IMG/VR virus record: IMGVR_UViG_3300045988_020612 | Coordinates: 1 to 22,787 of that record | Length of the DNA stretch: 22,787 nucleotides | Direction: 5' to 3' (one strand) | Source of the DNA: a virus | In this document: piece after piece, positions 8,553 to 15,008 of the stretch | Numbering within the stretch: the first letter of the stretch is position 1 | Layout of the letters: every line of letters starts with the position of its first letter | Notes under the pieces: generated by a model | What the model was told of the DNA's origin: nothing | Seen by the model: only the letters and a program-made list of their open reading frames with translations | The model's database searches: none | Made by a program: the position numbers and the translations under genes

Positions 8553-8594
8553 TAGCTAGCAAGGGAGTCGAACCCTCGTAAACCGTTCTAGCTA
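8553..8594 (-). ncRNA. tRNA-like minihelix B, a paralogue of element A
   Basis: The minus strand reads TAGCTAG-AACGGTTTA-CGAGGG-TTCGACT-CCCTTG-CTAGCTA. It contains GGTTCGACTCC. The 5' arm of the outer stem includes the TAG stop of the upstream CDS. Confidence 0.35.
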
Positions 8595-9299
8595 CACGCC
8601 TAATGCGTAGGCTGTATAAAGAGCTTTCCTGACCGTTGCTTTATTACGACCTACCTTGCCCTTAGTTCTATATTTAAGAATGATGCGATCAACTTCATTG
8701 TCCAATCTCTCGCTCCACTCATAGTTATTGAAGACAAAATCAATAATTTCACTGAATAATTCTCTTGAAAGTAACCCTTCCATTTGGATTGCCTTTAACG
8801 GCGTTAGTGTAGCTTTTTCCGCATAGCACAGATTGAGGGCGTTTTGGGTTCTGTTAGCATCTTTCTGGTCGCAGTCCTTAACGTCTCTAATATAGTTGTT
8901 TAAGTTATTAGGGTGTTTCTTGCGTAGTTCTTCCACTTCTTCCTGGAACCGTTTAAACAGCCCCTCTGGCAGTCCTGCGTTGGCTTTATCTAACACTGTG
9001 CGCGTGGTTTTGCCCCTTGTGTAGTGTTGTGACAGATATGCTTGTAGGTCGTTATAAAGCTCATCAGAAATGATACCTTCTAACCTCTCGACAGTTTGAG
9101 GTGAGATTCTCTGGCGTTCAACGACTGCGCTATTAAACGCCTGATATATAATGCGTGCTTGCAGTTCGTCACATTGTCTTACTTTTTGAAAGAATTGCTT
9201 ATAATCTCTCAGATGTGCCTCTTTAAGTGCTGCATGCTCACTGGCTAACCTTGAATGCAACTCTTTTGTCAGTCCGGAATATTTGTAGGTTTTGCTCAT
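8592..9299 (-). CDS. Hypothetical early protein with an internal tandem duplication
   Basis: The start was moved to the ATG at 9299 (MSKTYKYSGL...), which forms an ATGA overlap with the YopX stop. Two ~85-aa repeats are present: GLTKELHSRL...LEGIISDELYNDL and GLPEGLFKRF...MEGLLSRELFSEI. Confidence 0.65.
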   Translation of the reverse strand: MSKTYKYSGLTKELHSRLASEHAALKEAHLRDYKQFFQKVRQCDELQARIIYQAFNSAVVERQRISPQTVERLEGIISDELYNDLQAYLSQHYTRGKTTRTVLDKANAGLPEGLFKRFQEEVEELRKKHPNNLNNYIRDVKDCDQKDANRTQNALNLCYAEKATLTPLKAIQMEGLLSRELFSEIIDFVFNNYEWSERLDNEVDRIILKYRTKGKVGRNKATVRKALYTAYALGV

Positions 9300-9685
9300 G
9301 AGCTCACCTCTAATAGTTCCGGATTCTTGTATATATTTCCTGCAATTTCGCAGTCGGTATGTCGTAGCCACAATTCACATCCGTATTGCTTAGAATCAAG
9401 GCGATATGCTCCGCCTCGATGTCTTACAACTTCGTAATAAGTTGGCTCAGAATAGACATTCTTAGCCATTTTGACTACATCCCCCTCGAAGATTTCTTTG
9501 CCATTCTTGTCGGTCAGTCCAGTTGATTGCATTAAAACGATATCATCGAATTTGTAGTAATTTGTCCGTTCGAAAAAGAGTGTCTTTACAGAAATTTCGC
9601 TTTTTCCGAAATCGATAGACATAATATCATCAACTTCGTACATTGTTTTATGGATTTTATCCCACGCTCTATATCTTGGAATCAT
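9296..9685 (-). CDS. YopX-family protein
   Basis: Contains MIPRYRAWDK...LMQSTGLTDKNGKEIFEGDVV...GNIYKNPELL, the classic YopX signature. Confidence 0.85.
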   Translation of the reverse strand: MIPRYRAWDKIHKTMYEVDDIMSIDFGKSEISVKTLFFERTNYYKFDDIVLMQSTGLTDKNGKEIFEGDVVKMAKNVYSEPTYYEVVRHRGGAYRLDSKQYGCELWLRHTDCEIAGNIYKNPELLEVSS

Positions 9686-9990
9686 TGGCCTCGCCCCCTC
9701 AAATAGCTCGGGATGTCGTCCCCGACCTGCACGCTATCGTACTGCTCTTTGCTCACTAGGAACTTACCATACGCCCCACAATCAAGCGTATAGAGTTTCC
9801 CTACCATTTCCTTGCCGGTAATCTTTCCGTGCAGTACAGTGGCGTTATCGGCCTTGTGCACCACGATAGCTTCTACTGGTCTGTTAACTACTCGTAGAAC
9901 AGTGGTCACGTTAATGGCTAGGGAAACCACTAGCAGAATTGTAGCCACGCTTAGGTCTCTATAAGTCGTCTTCTTTGACAAACGTTCCAT
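9682..9990 (-). CDS. Hypothetical protein with an N-terminal membrane anchor
   Basis: 102 aa. One hydrophobic helix (VATILLVVSLAINVTTVL). RBS AAAGGAAAG. It overlaps the upstream gene by 32 nt. Confidence 0.6.
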   Translation of the reverse strand: MERLSKKTTYRDLSVATILLVVSLAINVTTVLRVVNRPVEAIVVHKADNATVLHGKITGKEMVGKLYTLDCGAYGKFLVSKEQYDSVQVGDDIPSYLRGRGQ

Positions 9991-10285
9991 TTATCATCTT
10001 TCCTTTCCGATTTTTAATTTCTTCGTATGCAATACCAAGGCATTCAGTCACATCAAGGTCTAGTTGGTGCGCCAGTACGATAATCGTCACCAGTGTGTCA
10101 CCGATAGCGTCCTTAAGTGCTGCTTGCGGCTCGGTGAATTTGGTCGGTTTCAAGAGTACATCTCGAATTTCTCCGGCTTCCTCTGTGATACGCATCCACT
10201 GAATCTTTGGGTCTGCTTGCTTAAGATTGCGATCATCAGCCCATTTGTTGATTTTAGTAATTAATTCTGCGATAGATTTTGCCAT
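9959..10285 (-). CDS. MazG-like nucleotide pyrophosphohydrolase
   Basis: 108 aa. The EEAGEIRD and DAIGDTLVTIIVLA motifs are spaced as in the small all-alpha MazG family. Confidence 0.7.
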   Translation of the reverse strand: MAKSIAELITKINKWADDRNLKQADPKIQWMRITEEAGEIRDVLLKPTKFTEPQAALKDAIGDTLVTIIVLAHQLDLDVTECLGIAYEEIKNRKGKMINGTFVKEDDL

Positions 10286-10362
10286 TAATCATCCCCTCCA
10301 AACAGCGTGCGCCAAGCATAGACTACAGCTACGACCATCAAAATAAATTTAATCGTTTTCAT
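10285..10362 (-). CDS. Possible 25-aa hydrophobic peptide
   Basis: My own translation is MKTIKFILMVVAVVYAWRTLFGGDD. Its TAA overlaps the next ATG (TAATG). It is below the track threshold. Confidence 0.3.
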   Translation of the reverse strand: MKTIKFILMVVAVVYAWRTLFGGDD

Positions 10363-10567
10363 CGTCCACCTCTACCACTTCTAAAAGTTTTTCTAATTTC
10401 TCAATGGTTTCAGACGATACTCTTGTCATGTTTGAGCCGTCTGCGTATGGAGTTTTCAAAAAGACAAGGTTTGGCCCGACACTTATATGCCCGATGTCGT
10501 CTATATTCAAAATTTCAATATGGGAATGTCCTTGATACCACGTTTCAACTTCGACAAATTTAGCCAT
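10349..10567 (-). CDS. Hypothetical protein
   Basis: 72 aa. RBS AAGAGGTGG, and the ATG directly abuts the upstream stop. Confidence 0.6.
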   Translation of the reverse strand: MAKFVEVETWYQGHSHIEILNIDDIGHISVGPNLVFLKTPYADGSNMTRVSSETIEKLEKLLEVVEVDDEND

Positions 10568-11026
10568 CTATTCCACCTCTTTCACTTCCACGCCTGGGCA
10601 GTCGAATACCCAGCCTAACCCAAATGATTCGATTCCTGACTTCGTGAAGTCGGTTCTAAAACCCGGACTGAAATGAAGGTGGCCTTCATCGTTGCATAAA
10701 TACTGATTTGTGACTTTAATCCTAACCGTATACCTAGCTTCTTTTTCTACCTCGTAGCCAAACTGGTGCATGTTGACGAGGGTTTGGAATGTGTTATTGT
10801 TGTTAATCCATTCCTTAAAGTCGTCACCTTTTTGCTGTTCCCAACTTGTGAGGTAATCCCAAAGATTGTAATCAAAATCATCCTTATTCTCTTCATACCA
10901 ATCCGACACATACTGCGGCACTACTGGTTTTTCAAAGAAAGAATCATATAAGTCCTCGGCATAAGCTACCGAAATGCGCGCTACTTTTGATAGCTTCTGT
11001 ACTGCTTCATTTCTAGTCATCATCAT
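10568..11026 (-). CDS. Hypothetical early protein (possibly DUF1642-like)
   Basis: The start was trimmed to MMMTRNEAV at 11026, preceded by GGAGGAAATTG. The family guess is from recollection only. Confidence 0.55.
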   Translation of the reverse strand: MMMTRNEAVQKLSKVARISVAYAEDLYDSFFEKPVVPQYVSDWYEENKDDFDYNLWDYLTSWEQQKGDDFKEWINNNNTFQTLVNMHQFGYEVEKEARYTVRIKVTNQYLCNDEGHLHFSPGFRTDFTKSGIESFGLGWVFDCPGVEVKEVE

Positions 11027-11174
11027 CAATTTCCTCCATCCAAACAGTGGCATCATCCACTGCCAAACTTAAACGCTTCAATATTTCCATGCGTTCCAGT
11101 GCTTTTTCTTTGTCAGTGAAATAGCACTCTTTCACATCATCCATGTTGCGTGCCGCTCTCACTACCCACTGCAT
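11013..11174 (-). CDS. Small hypothetical protein (53 aa), paralogue of the next ORF
   Basis: My own translation is MQWVVRAARNMDDVKECYFTDKEKALERMEILKRLSLAVDDATVWMEEIDDDD. It overlaps both neighbours. Confidence 0.4.
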   Translation of the reverse strand: MQWVVRAARNMDDVKECYFTDKEKALERMEILKRLSLAVDDATVWMEEIDDDD

Positions 11175-11320
11175 TCTTCCATCTCCACTGTGTACATCCT
11201 AGAATTGCGATATTTGACACCTCTTAGACGGTGTAGCTCGTTGATAGCTTCGTTCTTATCGTTAAAAACGTGAACGCTGTCTTCCATGTTGTCGTAGTAC
11301 ACGACTACTTTATATTTCAT
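11162..11320 (-). CDS. Small hypothetical protein (52 aa)
   Basis: My own translation is MKYKVVVYYDNMEDSVHVFNDKNEAINELHRLRGVKYRNSRMYTVEMEECSG. It has an ATGA overlap with the upstream ORF. Confidence 0.4.
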   Translation of the reverse strand: MKYKVVVYYDNMEDSVHVFNDKNEAINELHRLRGVKYRNSRMYTVEMEECSG

Positions 11321-11490
11321 AACTCAACCAATCTCCTTCCCTTGCTGTCACTGGTACGTCTAGCGTAAACTGGCGTACCGTAGTAACCAATAGTGCTAGC
11401 TGACACACCTAATTGTTCTGCTATTTCACGCTTGGTTCCCATAGCCAGTAATTCTTCGCCCTTATATAGCGCATATTCCTTTACTTGCAT
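11317..11490 (-). CDS. Small HTH-like protein (57 aa)
   Basis: My own translation is MQVKEYALYKGEELLAMGTKREIAEQLGVSASTIGYYGTPVYARRTSDSKGRRLVEL. The segment TKREIAEQLGVSASTIGYY looks like a helix-turn-helix. Confidence 0.45.
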   Translation of the reverse strand: MQVKEYALYKGEELLAMGTKREIAEQLGVSASTIGYYGTPVYARRTSDSKGRRLVEL

Positions 11491-11717
11491 AATTCCATCA
11501 TCCTCGTTAGTAATTCCTGATCCGGTAACTGCTCTAGTGTCAGTATACGATTTAGCTTTTTTACGTCGATACCTAACTTAACGCTGATATATTCCATGTC
11601 CTCGTGATTAGCCCAGAACCATCTCGAAAACTCTTGCGTCTGACCTAATACGCTTGTGTGGTCGTAATTCCCTGGAGCGTATACACCGACTAACTTGTCT
11701 TTGTATCTACTGTTCAT
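11481..11717 (-). CDS. Hypothetical protein
   Basis: 78 aa, with a start/stop overlap with RusA. Confidence 0.55.
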   Translation of the reverse strand: MNSRYKDKLVGVYAPGNYDHTSVLGQTQEFSRWFWANHEDMEYISVKLGIDVKKLNRILTLEQLPDQELLTRMMELCK

Positions 11718-12175
11718 CCAAGCTCCTTAATTTCTAATTCAATGCGTGGGTTTGGACTGTACTTCTTGCGAGCTCTCAACTCGCAAACGATACTGTCATC
11801 CGCCCAGACGATACCCTTCTTATCGACTTTGTTGTAACCAGCTTTTGAAATACTGTCAAAGAGCGATTTGACCAGATTATCAACGTCTGGAATTTTAGCA
11901 TGCCAAAGCATTTCGGACATGAATTTCTTGAATGTATCCCACGTTTTAGCTCTAGCTTTTGGCGTAGGCTTTTTTGATACGCTCAAAGGTGCTTTCATGT
12001 AGAAAGTGACATCAACCATAATCGGGCCGTCAAAAAATTGTCCATCATATTCTTGCTCGATAAGTTGAGAGCATTGACGTCTCCACGCTTTCATTTTAGG
12101 GTCTTCATAAGTTCCAAACTTGCTAAATCGTGGCCTTGTTTGAGGTTTAGGCTCGATGTTTAAAGTCATTTTCAT
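11714..12175 (-). CDS. rusA: RusA-family Holliday junction resolvase
   Basis: Contains PKPQTRPRF ... IPDVDNLVKSLFDSI ... VWADDSIV, the RusA motifs. RBS GAGGTG. Confidence 0.85.
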   Translation of the reverse strand: MKMTLNIEPKPQTRPRFSKFGTYEDPKMKAWRRQCSQLIEQEYDGQFFDGPIMVDVTFYMKAPLSVSKKPTPKARAKTWDTFKKFMSEMLWHAKIPDVDNLVKSLFDSISKAGYNKVDKKGIVWADDSIVCELRARKKYSPNPRIELEIKELG

Positions 12176-12183
12176 TCTGCACC

Positions 12184-12687
12184 TCAGAATGGCAAATCAT
12201 CATCGCTGATGTCCATAGGGTTTGAATTACCGTATGGGCTGCTCTCCCTTGCAAAGTTTGGCCCTTGCTGTTGCGGTGCTTGCTGACCATAGGGCCCTGC
12301 ATAGCCGTTGTCATCGCCAAATGCTCCCGATGTATTGCCTTGACTTGCGTTACTCCCTTCACGCGCTGCACGGCTTTCCAACATTTGGAAGTTTTCAGCG
12401 ACAACCTCAGTCACGTAAACACGTTGACCTTGCTGATTTTCGTAGCTACGAGTCTGAATGCGTCCAGTAATGCCAATCAACGCGCCTTTTTTAGCCCAGT
12501 TAGCCAAATTCTCAGCTTGCTGGCGCCAGATAACGCAATTGATAAAGTCTGTTTCACGTTCACCGTTAGCGTCCTTGAAGTTGCGGTTAACGGCTAGACT
12601 GAATGTAGCTACTGCGATGTTACTGGTCGTGTATTTTAGTTCTGGGTCACGGGTTAGGCGCCCAACTAGAACGGTCGAATTAATCAT
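12184..12687 (-). CDS. ssb: Single-stranded DNA-binding protein
   Basis: The OB-fold N-terminus is [20 protein letters not shown]. There is a Gly/Gln/Pro-rich linker and a C-terminal DISDDDLPF tail. Confidence 0.95.
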   Translation of the reverse strand: MINSTVLVGRLTRDPELKYTTSNIAVATFSLAVNRNFKDANGERETDFINCVIWRQQAENLANWAKKGALIGITGRIQTRSYENQQGQRVYVTEVVAENFQMLESRAAREGSNASQGNTSGAFGDDNGYAGPYGQQAPQQQGPNFARESSPYGNSNPMDISDDDLPF

Positions 12688-13655
12688 TGATTTTCTCCTA
12701 GAATTTCATAATTTACAAAGTTATCATCAAGCAACTTAGCGAATTGATGCCATTGATTCTCACCGCCGTGGAACGTAAGAGCGAGATTAACCTTGTACGG
12801 CTCGACGGGCTTGCTAGGCGCTTCTTCGACTGGTTTAGTGTCTTCGATAACTTCGCCAGTCTCAACGTTGACTGCTTTAATTTCCTCGTTAGCTGACTGC
12901 TGGGCCATTGCTTCAATTTCTGCTAGACGTGCCGCGTCTGCTTGTTTTTTAGCTTCCGCTTGTTGTTTGCGCTCAACGGCTGCATCACGGTCTTTTTTCA
13001 TTCGCTTCAAGATTTCAACTAGAGGTGTGCCGTTCTGCGATGCTCTAGTGTACGGATCTGATGGCAATTCATAATCAAGTGCTTGTTCCTCAATCATGGC
13101 AACGTTAGCCTTGTATTCCTCAAGCCGGTCATGCTCAGCCAAAACCAAAGCGTCAATCTTTTCCGTTGTCTCCTTCTTAAGCTCCATCTTCTTAGATTTG
13201 AAGCATCCCTTCAAAGAGAACTCAGCGTATTTGTCCTTGAATGTATCCTTATCAAGTCCAGCAAGTTCGCACTTTTCTTCAAAGACCGACCTAACGTGGT
13301 CAACTCGTAGCATTTCTTGATGTTCGTCAATTTCGTCACGTTTTGCTCGCAAGGTATCAAGAAGCCCTTTTAGCGGTTCGCATGACTTATTCAAATCCCC
13401 TTCAAACTCAGTCAAGGGGTTTTTGTAGACTTTAGCAATATCTTTGCGTTTCGTTTCCAACTTGTCGTAAAGCCCTTTATAGCGTGTGATTTCTTTCTTG
13501 ATTTCGTTATATTCCAAGCTGTCAAGTTGTTCATCTGACAACTCACTAACTGCCGCTTGGATAGCTGCATCGAACTTGTCAAAATCAAAATTAATTGTTC
13601 CCGGCGTATAGATCGGTTCTATTGTTTCAAGAAAATTGTTTGTTACGTCCTTCAT
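12684..13655 (-). CDS. DUF1351-like recombination-module protein
   Basis: 323 aa, coiled-coil rich. Lies between Erf and SSB, as in many lactic-acid-bacteria phages. The family call is from recollection. Confidence 0.6.
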   Translation of the reverse strand: MKDVTNNFLETIEPIYTPGTINFDFDKFDAAIQAAVSELSDEQLDSLEYNEIKKEITRYKGLYDKLETKRKDIAKVYKNPLTEFEGDLNKSCEPLKGLLDTLRAKRDEIDEHQEMLRVDHVRSVFEEKCELAGLDKDTFKDKYAEFSLKGCFKSKKMELKKETTEKIDALVLAEHDRLEEYKANVAMIEEQALDYELPSDPYTRASQNGTPLVEILKRMKKDRDAAVERKQQAEAKKQADAARLAEIEAMAQQSANEEIKAVNVETGEVIEDTKPVEEAPSKPVEPYKVNLALTFHGGENQWHQFAKLLDDNFVNYEILGENQ

Positions 13656-13658
13656 GTC

Positions 13659-14354
13659 TTATCCTTTTCTGTTGTTGATTTGCGTCTGAATGTCGTGAGT
13701 TACCACGTCGAATCCTGGCACTAGCAATTCAGAGAATACGTTGAGTTTGTACTTTTTCAAATAGTAATTAGCTACTGTTTCGGTTGCTTGCCCGGTAATT
13801 AGAGCTAATTCGTTGATTAGCTGCATGATAATGTCATGTTGCTCGTTGCTAATGAAATTAGGTTGTGGGTTGTTTTGTTGCTGGGGTTGTGCTTGCGGTT
13901 GCTTATTTTGATGCGGTTGAGGGTTGTGAGGTTGGTTTGGTCTCAAACTCTCCTCTGCCACTTCGAAGTGGTCCACATCTTCCTCACCGATTGCAAATAG
14001 TGCTTGCAAGGCGTACTTCCCAGCGTATGATTGTACGGCTCCTACCCACTGCGGTTCATTCATTTGCTTTAAGTCTCCGTTACGAGTTTTCAAAATCGGT
14101 ACAGGAGATAATTCTGCGAACGCTACTGCTTGCTCTTTCTCCTCTCGGTTAGATGCCGTCGCAATAGCCTTGATAAAAGTCTTGCCAGAAAATTCGACTA
14201 GATCATAGTTGACTACAACGCTCCAATTTGATTTCAAACTTTTAAAGGCGTTGTAAATATCCTCGACGTGCCTTGAAGCGTACTTGGCTGTACCCTCTTT
14301 CTTTTTTTCAAGTTGCATTCTTTGCTGCAACTCTGTGAATGTCATTTCTTCCAT
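13659..14354 (-). CDS. erf: Erf-family single-strand annealing protein
   Basis: 231 aa. Has the core WVGAVQSYAGKYALQALFAIGEED, followed by a Q/P-rich low-complexity linker (PNQPHNPQPHQNKQPQAQPQQQNNPQPN). Confidence 0.7.
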   Translation of the reverse strand: MEEMTFTELQQRMQLEKKKEGTAKYASRHVEDIYNAFKSLKSNWSVVVNYDLVEFSGKTFIKAIATASNREEKEQAVAFAELSPVPILKTRNGDLKQMNEPQWVGAVQSYAGKYALQALFAIGEEDVDHFEVAEESLRPNQPHNPQPHQNKQPQAQPQQQNNPQPNFISNEQHDIIMQLINELALITGQATETVANYYLKKYKLNVFSELLVPGFDVVTHDIQTQINNRKG

Positions 14355-14556
14355 GTCATATCCTTTTATATGCCCCTAATTCTCAAATTTTGGGGGTTAT
14401 TTGCCGTTTTACCGTTTCTCTAGTGTAATTGTGCCACTAGATTATTTAGGACGGTTACAAGTGATTTTAGAGCCGTTTCCTGCCTTTCGACTTTTTTAGG
14501 TTCCAATTCTCCCTTTTGAGTTTGTTGTTTTCTTGAGACAATGACAAGATTCTGTC

Positions 14557-14649
14557 TTATTGACTGTTGATGATCTCGCCTAATTCTCGACCTAAATTCA
14601 TGTACTTGTTCCGCCAACGGTTCTCGACTTCATAAGTTTCTTGTTCCAT
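14557..14649 (-). CDS. Possible 30-aa ORF, or the 5' remnant of a frameshifted gene
   Basis: GGGAGGG RBS, 12 nt, then ATG. My own translation is MEQETYEVENRWRNKYMNLGRELGEIINSQ. It overlaps the TTG-start track ORF 14420..14617 in another frame. Confidence 0.3.
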   Translation of the reverse strand: MEQETYEVENRWRNKYMNLGRELGEIINSQ

Positions 14650-14685
14650 GTTTAATGCCTACCCTCCCACCACTGCTGCTATTAA

Positions 14686-15006
14686 TTAATCAAATAATCT
14701 TCTCAAAAGTTCATCGATGTCGTCTTTTGTACCTTCTTTACGTTCTGTACGTTCGAAGTCCGAACCGTCAAGTTTAGTTACGTTGTATTCAACTTCCACA
14801 TTAAGCACTTCGCAGCCAAATGCATCAGCAAGTTTGTCAAGACTGTTTTTTTGTTCTTCATACGACTCAATCGGTACAGATAGAGCACCGATTAAATCAG
14901 TGGTGAAACCAGCTTCGAAAGCCAGAGTGCCTCTGTCTTTGTAACTTCCAAGAAATTCATCTCTTTCAGCCTTGTAAAATACGACTTGTTTGTTATTTTC
15001 TTTCAT
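14686..15006 (-). CDS. Hypothetical protein, apparently co-transcribed with the adhesin
   Basis: 106 aa. Its start lies 2 nt after the adhesin stop. No motif recognised. Confidence 0.6.
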   Translation of the reverse strand: MKENNKQVVFYKAERDEFLGSYKDRGTLAFEAGFTTDLIGALSVPIESYEEQKNSLDKLADAFGCEVLNVEVEYNVTKLDGSDFERTERKEGTKDDIDELLRRLFD

Positions 15007-15008
15007 GA

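Noticed and set aside
8305-8594. Two bona fide tRNA genes on the minus strand, suggested by the GGTTCGAnTCC T-arms
   Set aside because: Assuming a standard T-arm, the required 5' acceptor strand is absent about 48 nt upstream. No D-arm or anticodon arm can be formed, because only 9-11 nt separate the outer stem from the T-arm. I report them as tRNA-like minihelices instead.
9300-9371. N-terminal extension of the track ORF 8592..9371. Similar extensions occur at 11027..11056, 7369..7404 and 17412..17576.
   Set aside because: The extensions overlap the upstream genes extensively. Internal ATGs with an RBS and ATGA/TAATG coupling give the compact arrangement seen elsewhere in this phage.
12147-12739. 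ORFs 12147..12404, 12222..12470, 12265..12597 and 12458..12739, which overlap ssb
   Set aside because: They are alternate-frame or antisense shadows of the unmistakable SSB gene.
14420-14617. 65-aa ORF as a confident gene
   Set aside because: Its only start is a TTG without a recognisable RBS, and it competes with a better-initiated 30-aa frame. I kept it only as part of a possible frameshifted remnant.
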